Assembly (NCBI GenBank): GCA_963777505.1
Contig: CAVZQN010000011.1
Coordinates: forward strand, 96,001-160,000
Reading direction: 5' to 3'
DNA length: 64,000 nt
DNA from: an uncultured bacterium
Lineage (GTDB): Bacteria; Acidobacteriota; HRBIN11; JAKEFK01
Shown in pieces: positions 39,408-50,958 of the stretch. A program made the translations under genes and the position numbers. The number at the start of each line of letters is the position of its first letter. Position 1 is the stretch's first letter. The notes beneath the pieces were generated by a model. It was given only the letters and a program-made list of their open reading frames with translations, was not told the origin of the DNA and searched no databases.

Positions 39408-41717
39408 ATGGACCGAATCAAACATAATCTGATACGACTTCGACCTCGTCCGGATACGCTCTATGTCAGCCAGAATCGCACCGTTCTGGCAACTGAAAGG
39501 GATGGTTTTATCGATGAGGGCAGAGAACAGGGATTGTTTGTTCATCAAACGCGACTTCTTTCTCGCTACCGTATTCTCATCAATGGCAAAAGGCCAGTAC
39601 CCGTTGCACTTTCAAACGTAGAACAACATTCGTGGCTTGGCTATTACATTCTTCTTCCTCCCGATCTGAAAGCAGGAAAGCCTGATGAAGGAAGTGGTTT
39701 GCTTGAAGAAATGACTCAAAACGCGCTTGAGATGAGAATCTCAAGATTTGTGAGCGACGGTATTCATGAAGACATCGATCTGACAAATTTCACTCAACAA
39801 CCAACTTCATTCCAACTGACATTAGAAGTCGATGCTGATTTTGCAGATGTTGCCGAAACGAGAGGGCATCGCAAACAATTTGGAGAAATAACCAAACGTT
39901 GGATCCAGGGAAGTGATCATAAATGGCAGCTTGAACTGGACTACATTGCTAGAAACGAAAAAAGCAATGAAGGATTTGTAGAGATTCACAGAGGTTTAAC
40001 TTTCCAAATTGATCGATCTGACTCGCCTCCAATTTATGATATTGATTCGATCACTTTTTCAGTTGAACTCAATCCGCATCAAACATGGCATGCCTGCATC
40101 GATATGATTCCATACATAGATGGTGAACAATTCACAAAACCTCATAACTGCGGTTCCTTAAAGCTCACACACGAATATGATGTACGCCGTCTCATGTTCT
40201 TTTCTGAAGCTACACGCTTTTCAACATTGGAAAGTCAAACACTTTCGTCAGTTGTCATCGGTGCATTGGAGCAGGCAAAAAAGGATCTTGTTGCACTTCG
40301 TCTTTATGATCTCGATTTGCATGATCATGCCTGGATCACAGCCGCCGGGTTGCCGATTTATGTTGCATTATTTGGCCGCGATACGTTGACTGCTTCAATG
40401 CAAAGCGCTCTTGCAAGCACTTCTATGATGCGAGGCACACTCCGCGTCATTGCTGATTTGCAGGGCAAGGAAGTGAATGATTGGCGAGATGAACAGCCTG
40501 GTCGCATGTTACACGAAGCGCATACCGGGCCGCTGGCAATGTTGAATTACAACCCTAGAAGAAGATATTACGGATCGGTAACAACGTCAGGTTTTTATCC
40601 TGTCATCGTTTCCGAATTGTGGCATTGGACGGGTGACAAAGATTTAGTTGCCCCGCTCCTGAAGCCAGCAATGGATGCTTTGAAATGGTTAGATCAATAT
40701 GCGGACATCGATGGTGATGGTTTTTATGAATATCAAACGCATTCTATTCAAGGCGTAAAAAATCAGGGGTGGAAAGATTCTGGAGACGCAATCGTTTATG
40801 AAGATGGAAGTCAGGTCAATCCTCCAATTGCTACCTGCGAAGAACAAGCATTCGCTTTTTTAGCAAAGCTTCATCTTTCGGAAGTGTTGTGGTGGTTTGA
40901 TGAAAGAGAACTGGCAAGGCGCCTTTATCACGAAGCACAAGAATTGAAGAAACGTTTCAATGATTCATTTTGGATGGAAGAGGAAGGTTTTTTCGCGATG
41001 GCGCTCGATCCTGATAAACGGCAAGTAAAATCGATCGGATCCAACGCAGGCCATTGTCTTGCAGCGGGCATTGTGCATGAAGATTTTGTAGCACGAACCG
41101 CTCAGCGATTCGTTGCAGAGGACTTATTTACAGGCTGGGGTATCCGCACACTCTCTTCCCAGCATCCTGCGTATAACCCATACAGTTACCACAGAGGATC
41201 AGTTTGGCCAGTCGAACACGGCACTTTCGCAGTCGGCTTCGCGCGTTATGGATTACATGATTCGCTTCATCTGATTTGTAATGCCCAATTCAATGCAGCG
41301 TCTCTGTTTGATTTTTATCGCTTGCCGGAATTATTCAGCGGACATCAACTGGATGAAGATCATCCTTTTCCTGCAATGTATCCACAAGCCAACTCTCCGC
41401 AAGCATGGTCCGCTTCTACGATCTTTTATTTTGTTCAAGCGATGCTTGGACTCTATCCTTATGCTCCTTTGAAAATTCTGCTTGTTGATCCCTATCTTCC
41501 ATCATGGCTTCCTGAAATAACGCTGCATGACCTTCAGGTGGGAAATGCAAAGGTTTCAATCCGATTCTTTAGGAAAGAAAAAGGGAAGAGCGACTATGAG
41601 ATTCTGCAAAAAAAGGGAACGCTTCATGTTTTCAGGCAACCAAGTCCATGGTCATTGACAGCAAGGTTTGCTGAAAGATTGAAGGATGCTTTAACAAGTT
41701 TGCTTCCAGGAAAATAA
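39408..41717 (+). CDS. Amylo-alpha-1,6-glucosidase / glycogen-debranching family protein
   Basis: AAGLP.Y..LFGRD, DEQPGRMLHE, NQGWKDSGD, YHRGSVWP, RLPELF, PQAWS. Confidence 0.88.
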   Translation: MDRIKHNLIRLRPRPDTLYVSQNRTVLATERDGFIDEGREQGLFVHQTRLLSRYRILINGKRPVPVALSNVEQHSWLGYYILLPPDLKAGKPDEGSGLLEEMTQNALEMRISRFVSDGIHEDIDLTNFTQQPTSFQLTLEVDADFADVAETRGHRKQFGEITKRWIQGSDHKWQLELDYIARNEKSNEGFVEIHRGLTFQIDRSDSPPIYDIDSITFSVELNPHQTWHACIDMIPYIDGEQFTKPHNCGSLKLTHEYDVRRLMFFSEATRFSTLESQTLSSVVIGALEQAKKDLVALRLYDLDLHDHAWITAAGLPIYVALFGRDTLTASMQSALASTSMMRGTLRVIADLQGKEVNDWRDEQPGRMLHEAHTGPLAMLNYNPRRRYYGSVTTSGFYPVIVSELWHWTGDKDLVAPLLKPAMDALKWLDQYADIDGDGFYEYQTHSIQGVKNQGWKDSGDAIVYEDGSQVNPPIATCEEQAFAFLAKLHLSEVLWWFDERELARRLYHEAQELKKRFNDSFWMEEEGFFAMALDPDKRQVKSIGSNAGHCLAAGIVHEDFVARTAQRFVAEDLFTGWGIRTLSSQHPAYNPYSYHRGSVWPVEHGTFAVGFARYGLHDSLHLICNAQFNAASLFDFYRLPELFSGHQLDEDHPFPAMYPQANSPQAWSASTIFYFVQAMLGLYPYAPLKILLVDPYLPSWLPEITLHDLQVGNAKVSIRFFRKEKGKSDYEILQKKGTLHVFRQPSPWSLTARFAERLKDALTSLLPGK

Positions 41718-41730
41718 AGGAGAATGCAAA

Positions 41731-41766
41731 ACCGCAGAGTCACGGAGAACTCTGTGACTCTGCGGT
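41731..41766. terminator. Hairpin between convergent genes (ACCGCAGAG repeat family)
   Basis: ACCGCAGAGTCAC-GGAGAACTCT-GTGACTCTGCGGT. Confidence 0.55.
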
Positions 41767-41770
41767 GAGC

Positions 41771-43492
41771 CTAGTACTTCCAGCTTTTTAGATCGGCTCC
41801 GGCGGGCGCAGATTGCTCGATGCGCTTCAAAATTTTGGGCAGATACATTGTGTTGTAACGGAGCCGTGAAATGTAATTCGGATTTTCGTGATCTCCATTC
41901 CAGCAATGTTCTGCGCGATCTCCATAATCCACTTCACCTGCATAATATGGATCTTTCGTTTTCTCCAGGAAGTCTTCCATCAGATAAACTGCATTATTCA
42001 AATAATAGTTATCCATGTCGCCGCAGTAGATGAAAAGTTTCCCCGTCAATTTCGGACCGAGTGTTTTCCAATCTCGCTCCAAAATGTAGCGCAGGTCATA
42101 CTTTTCTTGCCAGTATTTTGCGACATCAGGATCGATTTCGCCGGTGAGTTTATTGAAAATCGGCTTCGGATACCCGTCTTTGCCTTGTGGTGAATAAACG
42201 GCTTCCCAAATATCAAATTGCTGTCCGGATCTGCTTTTTGTTCCAAGGGCGAGTTCGCGATGATTCATTTGCTCTACGGTTGCATCAAGCTGACCAAGAT
42301 AATTACGATGCCCCGGCCGCATCAGTGTTTTGAATTGACTATCATAGCGGTACGCATTTTTGTTTTTGTAGATATCGATTGTTGTATAGGCGCGAAAGTC
42401 GATAGGATCGGGACACGCAACGAATGCTCCATTGTATTCGTCTGGATAAAACATCTGAACTGCGAGAGCTTCCCAGCCACCAGTTGAGCCACCATATACA
42501 AAACGTGCCCAGGGTTGTCCGATTGCACGAAATGTTTTTTCAATATGTGGAATCAATTCATAGGTGATTGCATCTCCATACGGACCAATGTTTGCAGAGT
42601 TCACAGCATAGGAATCATCGTAGTAAGGATTTGCATGTTGAATCTCCAACACAAGATAGCGCGGATGATCCTTGCTAATCCATTGTTTGTAAAAGTTGTG
42701 AGCCTCCTCTTGCTGAATCTTGTTGTAACCATGAAGATTGAAGCGTTCACTGAAATCTGGTTTTAGATTGGGATCAGGAGGTTCTGTGCGAAATCCGCCA
42801 ATATCCGCCGGGAAGTGGCCATGAAAAATCATGAGCGGGTAACGTGCTTCTGGATGTTCATCAAAACCTTCCGGTACCAACACGTGAGCTCCAAGGTAAA
42901 CGGGACGCCCCCAGAACTCTGATAGTTTCTCGCTCTTGATTTTCAGATGCCTTATATATTTCGTATCCTTCGGTTCTTCAATCGGTGGAATTTTTTGATC
43001 CATCACAATTCTGATGCTTTCTGTCTTGCCGGGATCGATCCGGATTTTCACGGGCTTACTATGAAAATTGCCAGGTTTTGTGTTCCATTGCTGACCTTCT
43101 CCCATTTCGGGCGGGAGCTTTACTGAATGTCCTGACTTTAAATTGAATGTCTCATAACGGTTGATGAGGGCTTGTACAAAATATTCTCCGGCCGGAACAT
43201 TTTTTAAACTTTGAATAGGATATCCAAAAGCAGTTGAATCGATTATTTTGTCTGCTCCTGGTTGCATCCCATCGACATCGATTCCGTACACAAGCTGAGT
43301 ATCAAGAGCGTCCGTAATTTGCATTCGTGGTTCTTCGGAGGCATCTACGGAAAGCATTAAAAGCAGTCTCCCATCCAAAGGTTTGTCGCTCAATTCCTTA
43401 GAAAAAGAAACAGCGAATTGCAGTTGAGATTCAGCTTGAAGGTTGACGCAAATCGCAAATAGAAATACTAAGCATGTACAGGTCAGCTTCAT
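41771..43492 (-). CDS. Secreted putative esterase (alpha/beta hydrolase)
   Basis: Signal peptide; YGGSTGGW nucleophile motif; SYAVNSANIGPYG; GDMDNYYL. Confidence 0.75.
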   Translation of the reverse strand: MKLTCTCLVFLFAICVNLQAESQLQFAVSFSKELSDKPLDGRLLLMLSVDASEEPRMQITDALDTQLVYGIDVDGMQPGADKIIDSTAFGYPIQSLKNVPAGEYFVQALINRYETFNLKSGHSVKLPPEMGEGQQWNTKPGNFHSKPVKIRIDPGKTESIRIVMDQKIPPIEEPKDTKYIRHLKIKSEKLSEFWGRPVYLGAHVLVPEGFDEHPEARYPLMIFHGHFPADIGGFRTEPPDPNLKPDFSERFNLHGYNKIQQEEAHNFYKQWISKDHPRYLVLEIQHANPYYDDSYAVNSANIGPYGDAITYELIPHIEKTFRAIGQPWARFVYGGSTGGWEALAVQMFYPDEYNGAFVACPDPIDFRAYTTIDIYKNKNAYRYDSQFKTLMRPGHRNYLGQLDATVEQMNHRELALGTKSRSGQQFDIWEAVYSPQGKDGYPKPIFNKLTGEIDPDVAKYWQEKYDLRYILERDWKTLGPKLTGKLFIYCGDMDNYYLNNAVYLMEDFLEKTKDPYYAGEVDYGDRAEHCWNGDHENPNYISRLRYNTMYLPKILKRIEQSAPAGADLKSWKY

Positions 43493-43514
43493 GGATGCTC
43501 CTTCGTAATTTCTG

Positions 43515-43587
43515 GTAGGGGCGGGCTTTATGCCCGCCCGTCAAGATACTAACGGAAGCGAAGGGCGGCCACAAGGGCCGCCCCTAC
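43515..43587. repeat. GTAG-type REP doublet
   Basis: GTAGGGGCGGGCTTTATGCCCGCCC ... GGGCGGCCACAAGGGCCGCCCCTAC. Confidence 0.85.
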
Positions 43588-43603
43588 AGAGTTCCTTATC
43601 TAT

Positions 43604-44104
43604 TTATGGTGTTACGGTTCCGTTTGAGTTTACGCTAAAGGAAAGTCCTGGTTCAGTTCCGTTTCCAGGAGTGCCAACAACATTTGTGAGACGTACAGCA
43701 TTTGCAAAAATATTCGTAGTAACTGCACCATTAGGATCCGAATCGCATTCATTTGGATCGTTGACTCGGAAAGATAAAACCTGATCAACAGGAACATCAG
43801 AATATGAAAATTCCCAACGATCGGCGCCCTGCGCATTTAAGTTAGATGCGGCAAAGCCTCGCCAGCTTGCATGAATGTGTGTATTGCCAACAGCGCGTAC
43901 ACAAACTGGGAATCGATCGGCTACAGATTGATCCAAAGCAGTTGGCGCTTGATATACGATTGTGACATTTACCATTGTTGGTTGATTAGATGTGGAGTCT
44001 TCGCGGCAACTGAATAGGCCTAATGCAAGAATTAAATAAAGCCTTTTGTTATTGAGCTTTCCCCAGAGTGTCCTTGATTTCTTGAAGAATTGAATCAACG
44101 GCAA
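43604..44104 (-). CDS. Putative lipoprotein; true start probably near 44050
   Basis: [14 protein letters not shown] lipobox; beta-rich body with two Cys; lies directly after proS. Confidence 0.6.
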   Translation of the reverse strand: MPLIQFFKKSRTLWGKLNNKRLYLILALGLFSCREDSTSNQPTMVNVTIVYQAPTALDQSVADRFPVCVRAVGNTHIHASWRGFAASNLNAQGADRWEFSYSDVPVDQVLSFRVNDPNECDSDPNGAVTTNIFANAVRLTNVVGTPGNGTEPGLSFSVNSNGTVTP

Positions 44105-45758
44105 CCTCTTTTGTCTGCCGATCTTTGCGTGAAAATAATTCTACGCGTCCTTCTTTCAATTTATTTCCTATTGTAACTCTATATGGAATGCCGATTAGAT
44201 CAGCATCCTTAAACTTTACTCCTGGACGTTCTTCGCGGTCATCAAGCAGGACATCGAATCCCGCCGAAAGAAGTTGTTCAAACAAATTGAGTGCCGTTGT
44301 TTTTTGGGCTTCATCATTGAGATTCGCCGGTGTCACAATAATCTGGAAAGGGGCTATTGAAAGCGGCCATTTGATTCCAACTTCATCATTAAATAGTTCA
44401 ACAGCAGCTGCCAAAATTCTTCCAAGTCCAATACCATAACTTCCCATGATGATTGGCACTTCTTTTCCTTCTGCATTCAGGACCTTCGCTCCAAGTGCTT
44501 CGCTGTATCGAGTCCCTAGTTTGAAGATGTGACCAATTTCGATTGCGCGATCAACGCGCAAGATCCCATCACAGTTGGGACATCCTTCGCCAGAAGCGAC
44601 AGTTCTCAGATCTATCCATTTTGCTGCTGCGATGTCACGTTCCATTGAGACACCGCGAAGATGGAAGTCATCCTTGTTTGCGCCGGTTGTCATATTGGTT
44701 CGGCCGCGAAGCGAATGATCTGCGTAAATCGGGACATGCTTCAAACCGACCGCACCTAACGAACCAGGAAGCGCTCCAAGTAATTCACGAATTTCTTCAG
44801 GACGCGCAGCGCGTACTTCAACTGCTCCTGCTGCAGCTGCGAGTTTTGTTTCATTTAAAGGATGATCACCGCGCAATAGCGCAAGCACAATTTGTCCATC
44901 CGCAACGTAAACGAGTGTCTTAATCTGACGGTTAGCGGCAGCACCGCCTTTAAAAACTGTGAGATCTTCAATGGTTCGTACACCAGGCGTTGGAAATTCT
45001 TCAGGACTATCGGGACCATTTTCATCAACAATTTCAGGCAGACGCGAAGTTGCCTTTTCAGTATTTGCCGCATATTTACACTTCGGACACGTTGCAATCC
45101 AATCTTCACCTGCATCGGAATAAACCATGAATTCTGTTGATTGACTTCCTCCCATTGCTCCAGAGGAAGCTTCCACCATCACATATTCAAGGCCGCATCG
45201 ATCATAGATTCTGCAATAGGCATCACGATGCGATTCAAAGGAGCGATCCAGACCTTCTTGTGTTGCATCAAATGAATAAGAATCCTTCATGATAAATTCG
45301 CGTACCCGCAAAATTCCTGACTTCGGACGAGCTTCATCACGAAACTTTGTTTGAATTTGATACCAGATTTGAGGTAATTGTTTGTAGGATCGCACTTCAT
45401 CGCGGGCAATTTGAGTAAATACTTCTTCATGCGTCATACCCAAACATAGATCCGATCCTTTTCGGTCTTTTAACCGGAACATGTTTTCACCCATGATTTC
45501 CCAGCGTCCTGATTCTTTCCATAATTCTGCAGGATTTAATGCAGGAAGAAGGAATTCCTGTGCGCCAATTTCATTCATACCATTGCGCACAATCTGTGTG
45601 ATTTTCAAAAGGACACGATGAGCAAGGGGCAAATAGGAATAAACACCCGCTGTTAGCTGACGCACATATCCGGCACGCAGCAAAAGTCTATGGCTCACAG
45701 CTTCAGCTGCAACAGGGTCTTCTCTCAGGGTAGGGATGAATAATTGTGTCCAACGCAT
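44049..45758 (-). CDS. proS: Proline--tRNA ligase with INS editing domain
   Basis: [64 protein letters not shown]. Confidence 0.96.
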   Translation of the reverse strand: MRWTQLFIPTLREDPVAAEAVSHRLLLRAGYVRQLTAGVYSYLPLAHRVLLKITQIVRNGMNEIGAQEFLLPALNPAELWKESGRWEIMGENMFRLKDRKGSDLCLGMTHEEVFTQIARDEVRSYKQLPQIWYQIQTKFRDEARPKSGILRVREFIMKDSYSFDATQEGLDRSFESHRDAYCRIYDRCGLEYVMVEASSGAMGGSQSTEFMVYSDAGEDWIATCPKCKYAANTEKATSRLPEIVDENGPDSPEEFPTPGVRTIEDLTVFKGGAAANRQIKTLVYVADGQIVLALLRGDHPLNETKLAAAAGAVEVRAARPEEIRELLGALPGSLGAVGLKHVPIYADHSLRGRTNMTTGANKDDFHLRGVSMERDIAAAKWIDLRTVASGEGCPNCDGILRVDRAIEIGHIFKLGTRYSEALGAKVLNAEGKEVPIIMGSYGIGLGRILAAAVELFNDEVGIKWPLSIAPFQIIVTPANLNDEAQKTTALNLFEQLLSAGFDVLLDDREERPGVKFKDADLIGIPYRVTIGNKLKEGRVELFSRKDRQTKEVAVDSILQEIKDTLGKAQ

Positions 45759-45862
45759 AACCAAGGAATGATGAATTGCAGCAGTCGTATTGTCAAGTTA
45801 GCGTTTTGTACAGCCGGCATCTTGCCGGCTCCTAAAAAACAAACCGCAGAGGCGCAAAGTGC

Positions 45863-46066
45863 CTATTCCTTGTCTTTTTCTTCCTTTTCTTTTTTAATGG
45901 TTTCTGCGTCGACAGATTTTTTCTCATGTGACGGTTCAGCAGGCCATTTTCCTCCTTGTTTTGCAACTTCGCGTTCCTTAATCAACTCAGATGATTCTTT
46001 CACTATACCCGCCGACGTAACCTTTCGATCTTTTTCAGACATTTGTACTCCTTGTGCAGTCTTCAA
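45863..46066 (-). CDS. Small charged hypothetical protein
   Basis: 67-aa Lys/Glu-rich ORF; AAGGAG SD before the internal MSEKD start. Confidence 0.5.
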   Translation of the reverse strand: MKTAQGVQMSEKDRKVTSAGIVKESSELIKEREVAKQGGKWPAEPSHEKKSVDAETIKKEKEEKDKE

Positions 46067-46077
46067 ATATATATTCT

Positions 46078-47313
46078 CTATTGCGTCTTTGCGGTTGAGC
46101 TAAAGATTAATTTACCCCCACGCACAGTATGCCGTACATCTGCAAAAGCCTTCACATTTTTCGCTGGATCTTGAGCGAGAACAACAACATCAGCATCCAT
46201 GCCTGGAGCAATTTTCCCGCGTTGGTTTGATTCATTGAAACGTGCAGCTGGTTCTGTTGTTAGTGATGCCAGAATTTGATTCCAGGTTAACCCGGCCGCT
46301 GACATAAATTCATATTCCTGGGCCGGATTGTAATCCGGCATATATCCGACATCAGTTCCGAAAAGGATTTGACCTCCAGCTGCAGAAAAATCGCCCACTT
46401 CTTTTAAAATGAATTTGAAGTATTCCGGTCCGCTGAAAAGTTTTAACGTTGGTATCATCGACATATTGTTTTCTTTCATTCGTTTTGCATGTTCAAGAGT
46501 CCATCCGCGATCATCATCCAGTGCGTGAGCGATTACATCCACTTTAGCGGCAAGTGCAACTTCAAGTCCGGCAACATTTGAAGCGTGAGCAAAAACAAGT
46601 TTTCCCTGATCATGTGCTTTTTTCGCAGCGGCTGTGGCACTATCAATCTGCATGGGTAAAACTTCACCCCGTTTGACCCAGGAACCTGTAAATAGTTTGA
46701 TGATGTCTGCGCCTGCCTTGATACGCTGATCGGCTAATTCAGATGCTTCGGCTGGAGTTGCCGGTGTGGAAAGCTGCGCAAGAATCTGCGGTGGAAGATC
46801 TTTCAAATAATATGGAATGCCATTCAATGGATAAAAGGCACCTCCCGCTGTCAGAATTCGCGGCCCTGAGATTTCGTTTGATTGAATCCGTTTTCGGAGA
46901 GCGTTCGTGTTTTCTAACGCAGATGCTGTATCCACAACCGTAGTGAAGCCATATCGCGTCAACATTTCTTGCAATTGTTGATTCAATTTTCCCGCCGGTT
47001 GCTTTGCTGCATCCGCCCACTTGTCTTCAGTAAAGTGAACATGACTGTTTTGAAACCCAGCCGTAATGAACATTCCGGTGCAATCAATGGATGTTGCACC
47101 TTCCGGCAATTTGATTTGATCTTTTGAACCGACCGATAAGATTTTCCCTCCTTCAATGACAATTACAGCGTTTGAAATCGGTTTATCAGTTGGAGATGGA
47201 TAGATCGTTCCGCCACTGAGTACAAGTGTGTTTGAAGGATTGGAATTAATGTTGTATGCGAATAATAGCAATAGAAACGTGTAAAACTTAATGCTTTTTA
47301 ACCGCAAAGACAC
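46078..47313 (-). CDS. Amidohydrolase family protein, exported
   Basis: AGFQNSHVH, GADIIK, FAHA, IAH, FGTDVG, GKIAPGMDADVV. Confidence 0.85.
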   Translation of the reverse strand: MSLRLKSIKFYTFLLLLFAYNINSNPSNTLVLSGGTIYPSPTDKPISNAVIVIEGGKILSVGSKDQIKLPEGATSIDCTGMFITAGFQNSHVHFTEDKWADAAKQPAGKLNQQLQEMLTRYGFTTVVDTASALENTNALRKRIQSNEISGPRILTAGGAFYPLNGIPYYLKDLPPQILAQLSTPATPAEASELADQRIKAGADIIKLFTGSWVKRGEVLPMQIDSATAAAKKAHDQGKLVFAHASNVAGLEVALAAKVDVIAHALDDDRGWTLEHAKRMKENNMSMIPTLKLFSGPEYFKFILKEVGDFSAAGGQILFGTDVGYMPDYNPAQEYEFMSAAGLTWNQILASLTTEPAARFNESNQRGKIAPGMDADVVVLAQDPAKNVKAFADVRHTVRGGKLIFSSTAKTQ

Positions 47314-47322
47314 AAAGCCATC

Positions 47323-50253
47323 CTAACGCGAAGGGATTGTAACTATCAGTTCTGTACCCTTTTCTTGACTGCTATTTATTTCAAAAATTCCATTAAGTTG
47401 CGATACGCGTTCGCGCATTCCAAGCAATCCGAAATGACCACTTGGTGCAGGAGAACTTACATCAAATCCAACTCCATCATCTTTAATCTTGATCCGAACT
47501 TCATTCGCACCATAGACCAATTCGACAAATACTGATTTAGCCTTGCTGTGTTTGACGCAATTCGAAATTGCTTCCTGCCCGATTCGAAGTAAATTTTCTT
47601 CTAACCCATCTGCCAATTTGCGCGGCGTTCCGGAAATTTTTACATCAGCAGTTAGGGGTGAGTTTGATGTAATTTTTTTCACTTCTTCTGACAGCGCTGC
47701 TGGCAGGGCGGAACTTTCTAATGCTTGAGGTCTCAGCGCCCAAACTGTTCGCCGAGCTTCATTCAAACTTTCCTTCGCTAAAGTTTGCACTCGTTTCAAG
47801 TGTTGATTTGATTGCATAGGGATTCCTGCTTCTTCTGCTGCCTCCAATTGCAACAAAATTCCTGTGAATCCCTGAGCAAGTGTGTCATGAATCTCGCGTG
47901 CCATTCGCGAACGCTCAGCAAGCACCGCTGAAAATTCAGCGCGCACTTTTCTTAATCGCATCCTGTACAAAGCCCACGCGAGAGCCATCGCTGCGGCAAC
48001 GCATAGTGCAAAAAACCAACCAGTTTGGTAAAAGAATGGCTTCAACTTAAATGGAAGGACAGCGCCAGATTCATTCCAGATTCCATCGTTATTGGAGGCT
48101 ACGACTTTAAAACGATAATTACCAGGCGGAATATTCGTGTAATATGCCACACGCCTGTTCATCGCGGTTACCCATGAACGGTCAAAACCTTCCAGCATGT
48201 ATTTAAATTGCACTTTATCAGGAACGACATAGCTCAGTGCAGCATAATGAAATTCAAATTTTTCCTGACCCGGTGGAAGAACGGTTAAATTCTTGACACG
48301 ATCTGTAGCTTCTTTTCCATCTGCAATCATTTTTTCAATATACGTTGGAGGTGGAACTTTATTTCGCTTCATACTTGAAGGATCTACCACTGCAGCACCA
48401 CGGATTGTTGGAAACCAGAGTTTACCATCCGCCGATTTCCATGCACCAGGTTGATACCCACCATTGCATTCGCTATTTCTGATTCCATCAGAGGTACCAT
48501 AGGATCGATACGGAATTGCAGAAATTTTGTTCGCAGTAAAATCGTTCAGGTCGCTTTTGCTAACGCTGAACAGACCTCGATTGCTCGACATCCATAAATT
48601 TCCATTGTCGTCATCCAGAATCTGGTGAATCAAATCGTCAAACAATCCGTTCTGACGTTTGTAATATGCAAATTTTCCATTCTGGAAACGATTGAGTCCA
48701 CCGCCGCGAGTGCCGATCCACAAAACTCCATCACGATCCATGTACATTGATAAAATTTGATCGTGAGATAAACCTTGCTTTGTTGTGTATGCGGTGAATT
48801 TTCCATCTTTGAAATGATTCAATCCACTCCCTTCAGTTGCGATCCATAAGCTTCCATCTTTGTCTTGCAAAATCGCATGAATTAGTCTGCTTGATGTTGT
48901 ATCGCCGATTGGATAAAGCTTGAACTCGCCATCTTTGAAATAGGTTAAGCCCGATCCTTCAACTCCCAGCCAAATACCGCCATCACGATCTTCTAAAATC
49001 GACCAGATATAGTTTGAACCGAGTCCATCCTTGTCCGTATACGTTTTGCATTTGCCATCTTTGCATTGATTCAATCCGTATCCGCCTGTTCCTGCCCAGA
49101 GATTCCCTTTGCTGTCTTCAAAAACACACCAGACGTTGTCACTTGAAAGGCCGTTTTTTGTTGTGATACTCAGAAATTTTCCATCTCGTTGTCTTTTGAT
49201 GACTCCGCCTTCAGTGCCAAACCAGATATCTTGATTTTGGTTTCCATAGATGGACCAAATTTTATCGTGCGCCATTCCTTCTTCAATTCCATACGTAACA
49301 AAATTTCCGTCATTCAGTCTGTTGATACCGCCACCTGTTGTTCCAACCCAAAGACTTCCTTCCGGATCTTCATGTAAGGCCCAGATAAAATCGCTTGAAA
49401 GTCCTTGCTGTTTTGTAAACGCTGAAAACTTTCCTTGATCGTAGCGATACAACCCAACCCCGTTTGTTCCGATCCATAAATTTCCATCCCGGTCTTCCAG
49501 CATTGCTGGAACAGCGTGATCTGCCAAACCTTTATGTACGGCCTTGCCATTTTCCAGCAAATACACGCCGTTGATTGTGCCTATCCAAATATTTTTCTGG
49601 CTATCTTCTAAGAGGGAGAGTATTCCGCGCAATTCTGTATGTGCTGTCAGCTTCTCGTCTTTGAAGCGATTCAAGCCCCTCATGGTTCCGAACCAGAGAT
49701 CGCCACTGTCATCCATCAGAATTGAGGAAACTGCGTTGTTTAGAAGTCCGTTGTCGGTGTTGAAATGTTGAATGTTTCCATTTTTGGAGCTTTGGATTCG
49801 ATATAATCCTCCGCCATAAGTGCCGATCCAAAAGTCGCCTTTTTTGTCCCGAATCATTGGCCAAATGTTTCCATCCATTTTGTTTTGTTCAAACGGCTGA
49901 AATTTACCGTTCTTATAATGGATAATTCCACCGCCATACGTTCCGATCCAGAGTGTGCCTTCCGGATCTTCCATCAGACTTTGAACATAATTTTGTTGAA
50001 AAGCCGGTGTGTTGTATTTGTCGAAAATTGTAAATTTTATACCGTCAAAACGAACCAATCCTTCTTCTGTTCCAAACCACAAATACCCATCCCTGGTCTG
50101 TTCGATGCTCACTGCTGAACTTTGAGGCAAACCATCTTCGACTTGCCAGGTGTCACGAACGTATTGTGAAATTGCTTTGTTTGGATTAAGAGCAAAAGAA
50201 CTGTTGGCTAGCATCAAGATCCCTGCGCTTATGACGAGCAAATGGTATCTCAT
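47323..50253 (-). CDS. Beta-propeller (Reg_prop) + YYY sensor histidine kinase, HisKA_3 type
   Basis: Repeated D..G.LW.GT.GGL units; YTNIPPGNYRF; TM; ERSRMAREIHDTLAQ; QEAISNCVKH; DDGVGF. Confidence 0.9.
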   Translation of the reverse strand: MRYHLLVISAGILMLANSSFALNPNKAISQYVRDTWQVEDGLPQSSAVSIEQTRDGYLWFGTEEGLVRFDGIKFTIFDKYNTPAFQQNYVQSLMEDPEGTLWIGTYGGGIIHYKNGKFQPFEQNKMDGNIWPMIRDKKGDFWIGTYGGGLYRIQSSKNGNIQHFNTDNGLLNNAVSSILMDDSGDLWFGTMRGLNRFKDEKLTAHTELRGILSLLEDSQKNIWIGTINGVYLLENGKAVHKGLADHAVPAMLEDRDGNLWIGTNGVGLYRYDQGKFSAFTKQQGLSSDFIWALHEDPEGSLWVGTTGGGINRLNDGNFVTYGIEEGMAHDKIWSIYGNQNQDIWFGTEGGVIKRQRDGKFLSITTKNGLSSDNVWCVFEDSKGNLWAGTGGYGLNQCKDGKCKTYTDKDGLGSNYIWSILEDRDGGIWLGVEGSGLTYFKDGEFKLYPIGDTTSSRLIHAILQDKDGSLWIATEGSGLNHFKDGKFTAYTTKQGLSHDQILSMYMDRDGVLWIGTRGGGLNRFQNGKFAYYKRQNGLFDDLIHQILDDDNGNLWMSSNRGLFSVSKSDLNDFTANKISAIPYRSYGTSDGIRNSECNGGYQPGAWKSADGKLWFPTIRGAAVVDPSSMKRNKVPPPTYIEKMIADGKEATDRVKNLTVLPPGQEKFEFHYAALSYVVPDKVQFKYMLEGFDRSWVTAMNRRVAYYTNIPPGNYRFKVVASNNDGIWNESGAVLPFKLKPFFYQTGWFFALCVAAAMALAWALYRMRLRKVRAEFSAVLAERSRMAREIHDTLAQGFTGILLQLEAAEEAGIPMQSNQHLKRVQTLAKESLNEARRTVWALRPQALESSALPAALSEEVKKITSNSPLTADVKISGTPRKLADGLEENLLRIGQEAISNCVKHSKAKSVFVELVYGANEVRIKIKDDGVGFDVSSPAPSGHFGLLGMRERVSQLNGIFEINSSQEKGTELIVTIPSR

Positions 50254-50315
50254 GACTCAGTATCTCTGTGGTGAAGAATATATGATGTTAAAATATTGGA
50301 AAAGGGGGGCACTTT

Positions 50316-50888
50316 ATGTTACCAGCCAATCAGCATCACTTCGAATTCAGGAAAAAGTTTTGGAAACTCGTTGGCGGTTCTTTTCGAGTTCTGGATGCAA
50401 CGGGCAATCTTTTATTTTACAGCGAACAAAAGGCGTTCAAGCTGCGTGAAGACATCCGCGTCTATGCCGATGAATCTAAGACTAACGAAGTGTTATCCAT
50501 CAAAACACAACAAATCATCGATATTTCACCCACGTTTGATGTCGTGGATTCGAGAGATGGAAAAATTGGATCATTGCAACGCAAAGGTTTGAAGTCAATT
50601 ATTCGTGATCAATGGGATTTCATCGATGTTAACGGAACGATTATTGGAAAGCTGGAAGAAGATTCAACGCTCAATGCGATCTTGCGCAGATTCCTTACAA
50701 ATTTAATTCCTCAGCGGTACGACCTGTTTTTAGGTGGAGAGAAAGTAGGTGAATTCAGACAGCAGTTCAATCCATTTATCTACCGGGCAAATATGGATCT
50801 AAGCCCTGATTCAAGTGGCAAATTGGATCGCAGGCTTGCTGTTGCAGCCGGAATTCTGCTGCTGGCTGTTGAGGGAAGGCAAAACTAA
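50316..50888 (+). CDS. LURP-one/scramblase (tubby-C-like) protein
   Basis: QKAFKLREDI, IIDISPTFDV, RKGLKSI, LDRRLAVAAGILL. Confidence 0.7.
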   Translation: MLPANQHHFEFRKKFWKLVGGSFRVLDATGNLLFYSEQKAFKLREDIRVYADESKTNEVLSIKTQQIIDISPTFDVVDSRDGKIGSLQRKGLKSIIRDQWDFIDVNGTIIGKLEEDSTLNAILRRFLTNLIPQRYDLFLGGEKVGEFRQQFNPFIYRANMDLSPDSSGKLDRRLAVAAGILLLAVEGRQN

Positions 50889-50958
50889 TATCGTCGAGCT
50901 AACGTTTGTTAGCATTGACAGATCGGCATTCCGGATCAAATTTCTCTTTAGCAATGCT

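Noticed and set aside
48400-50150. Repetitive DNA resembling an array
   Set aside because: These are degenerate coding repeats of the Reg_prop beta-propeller, not CRISPR
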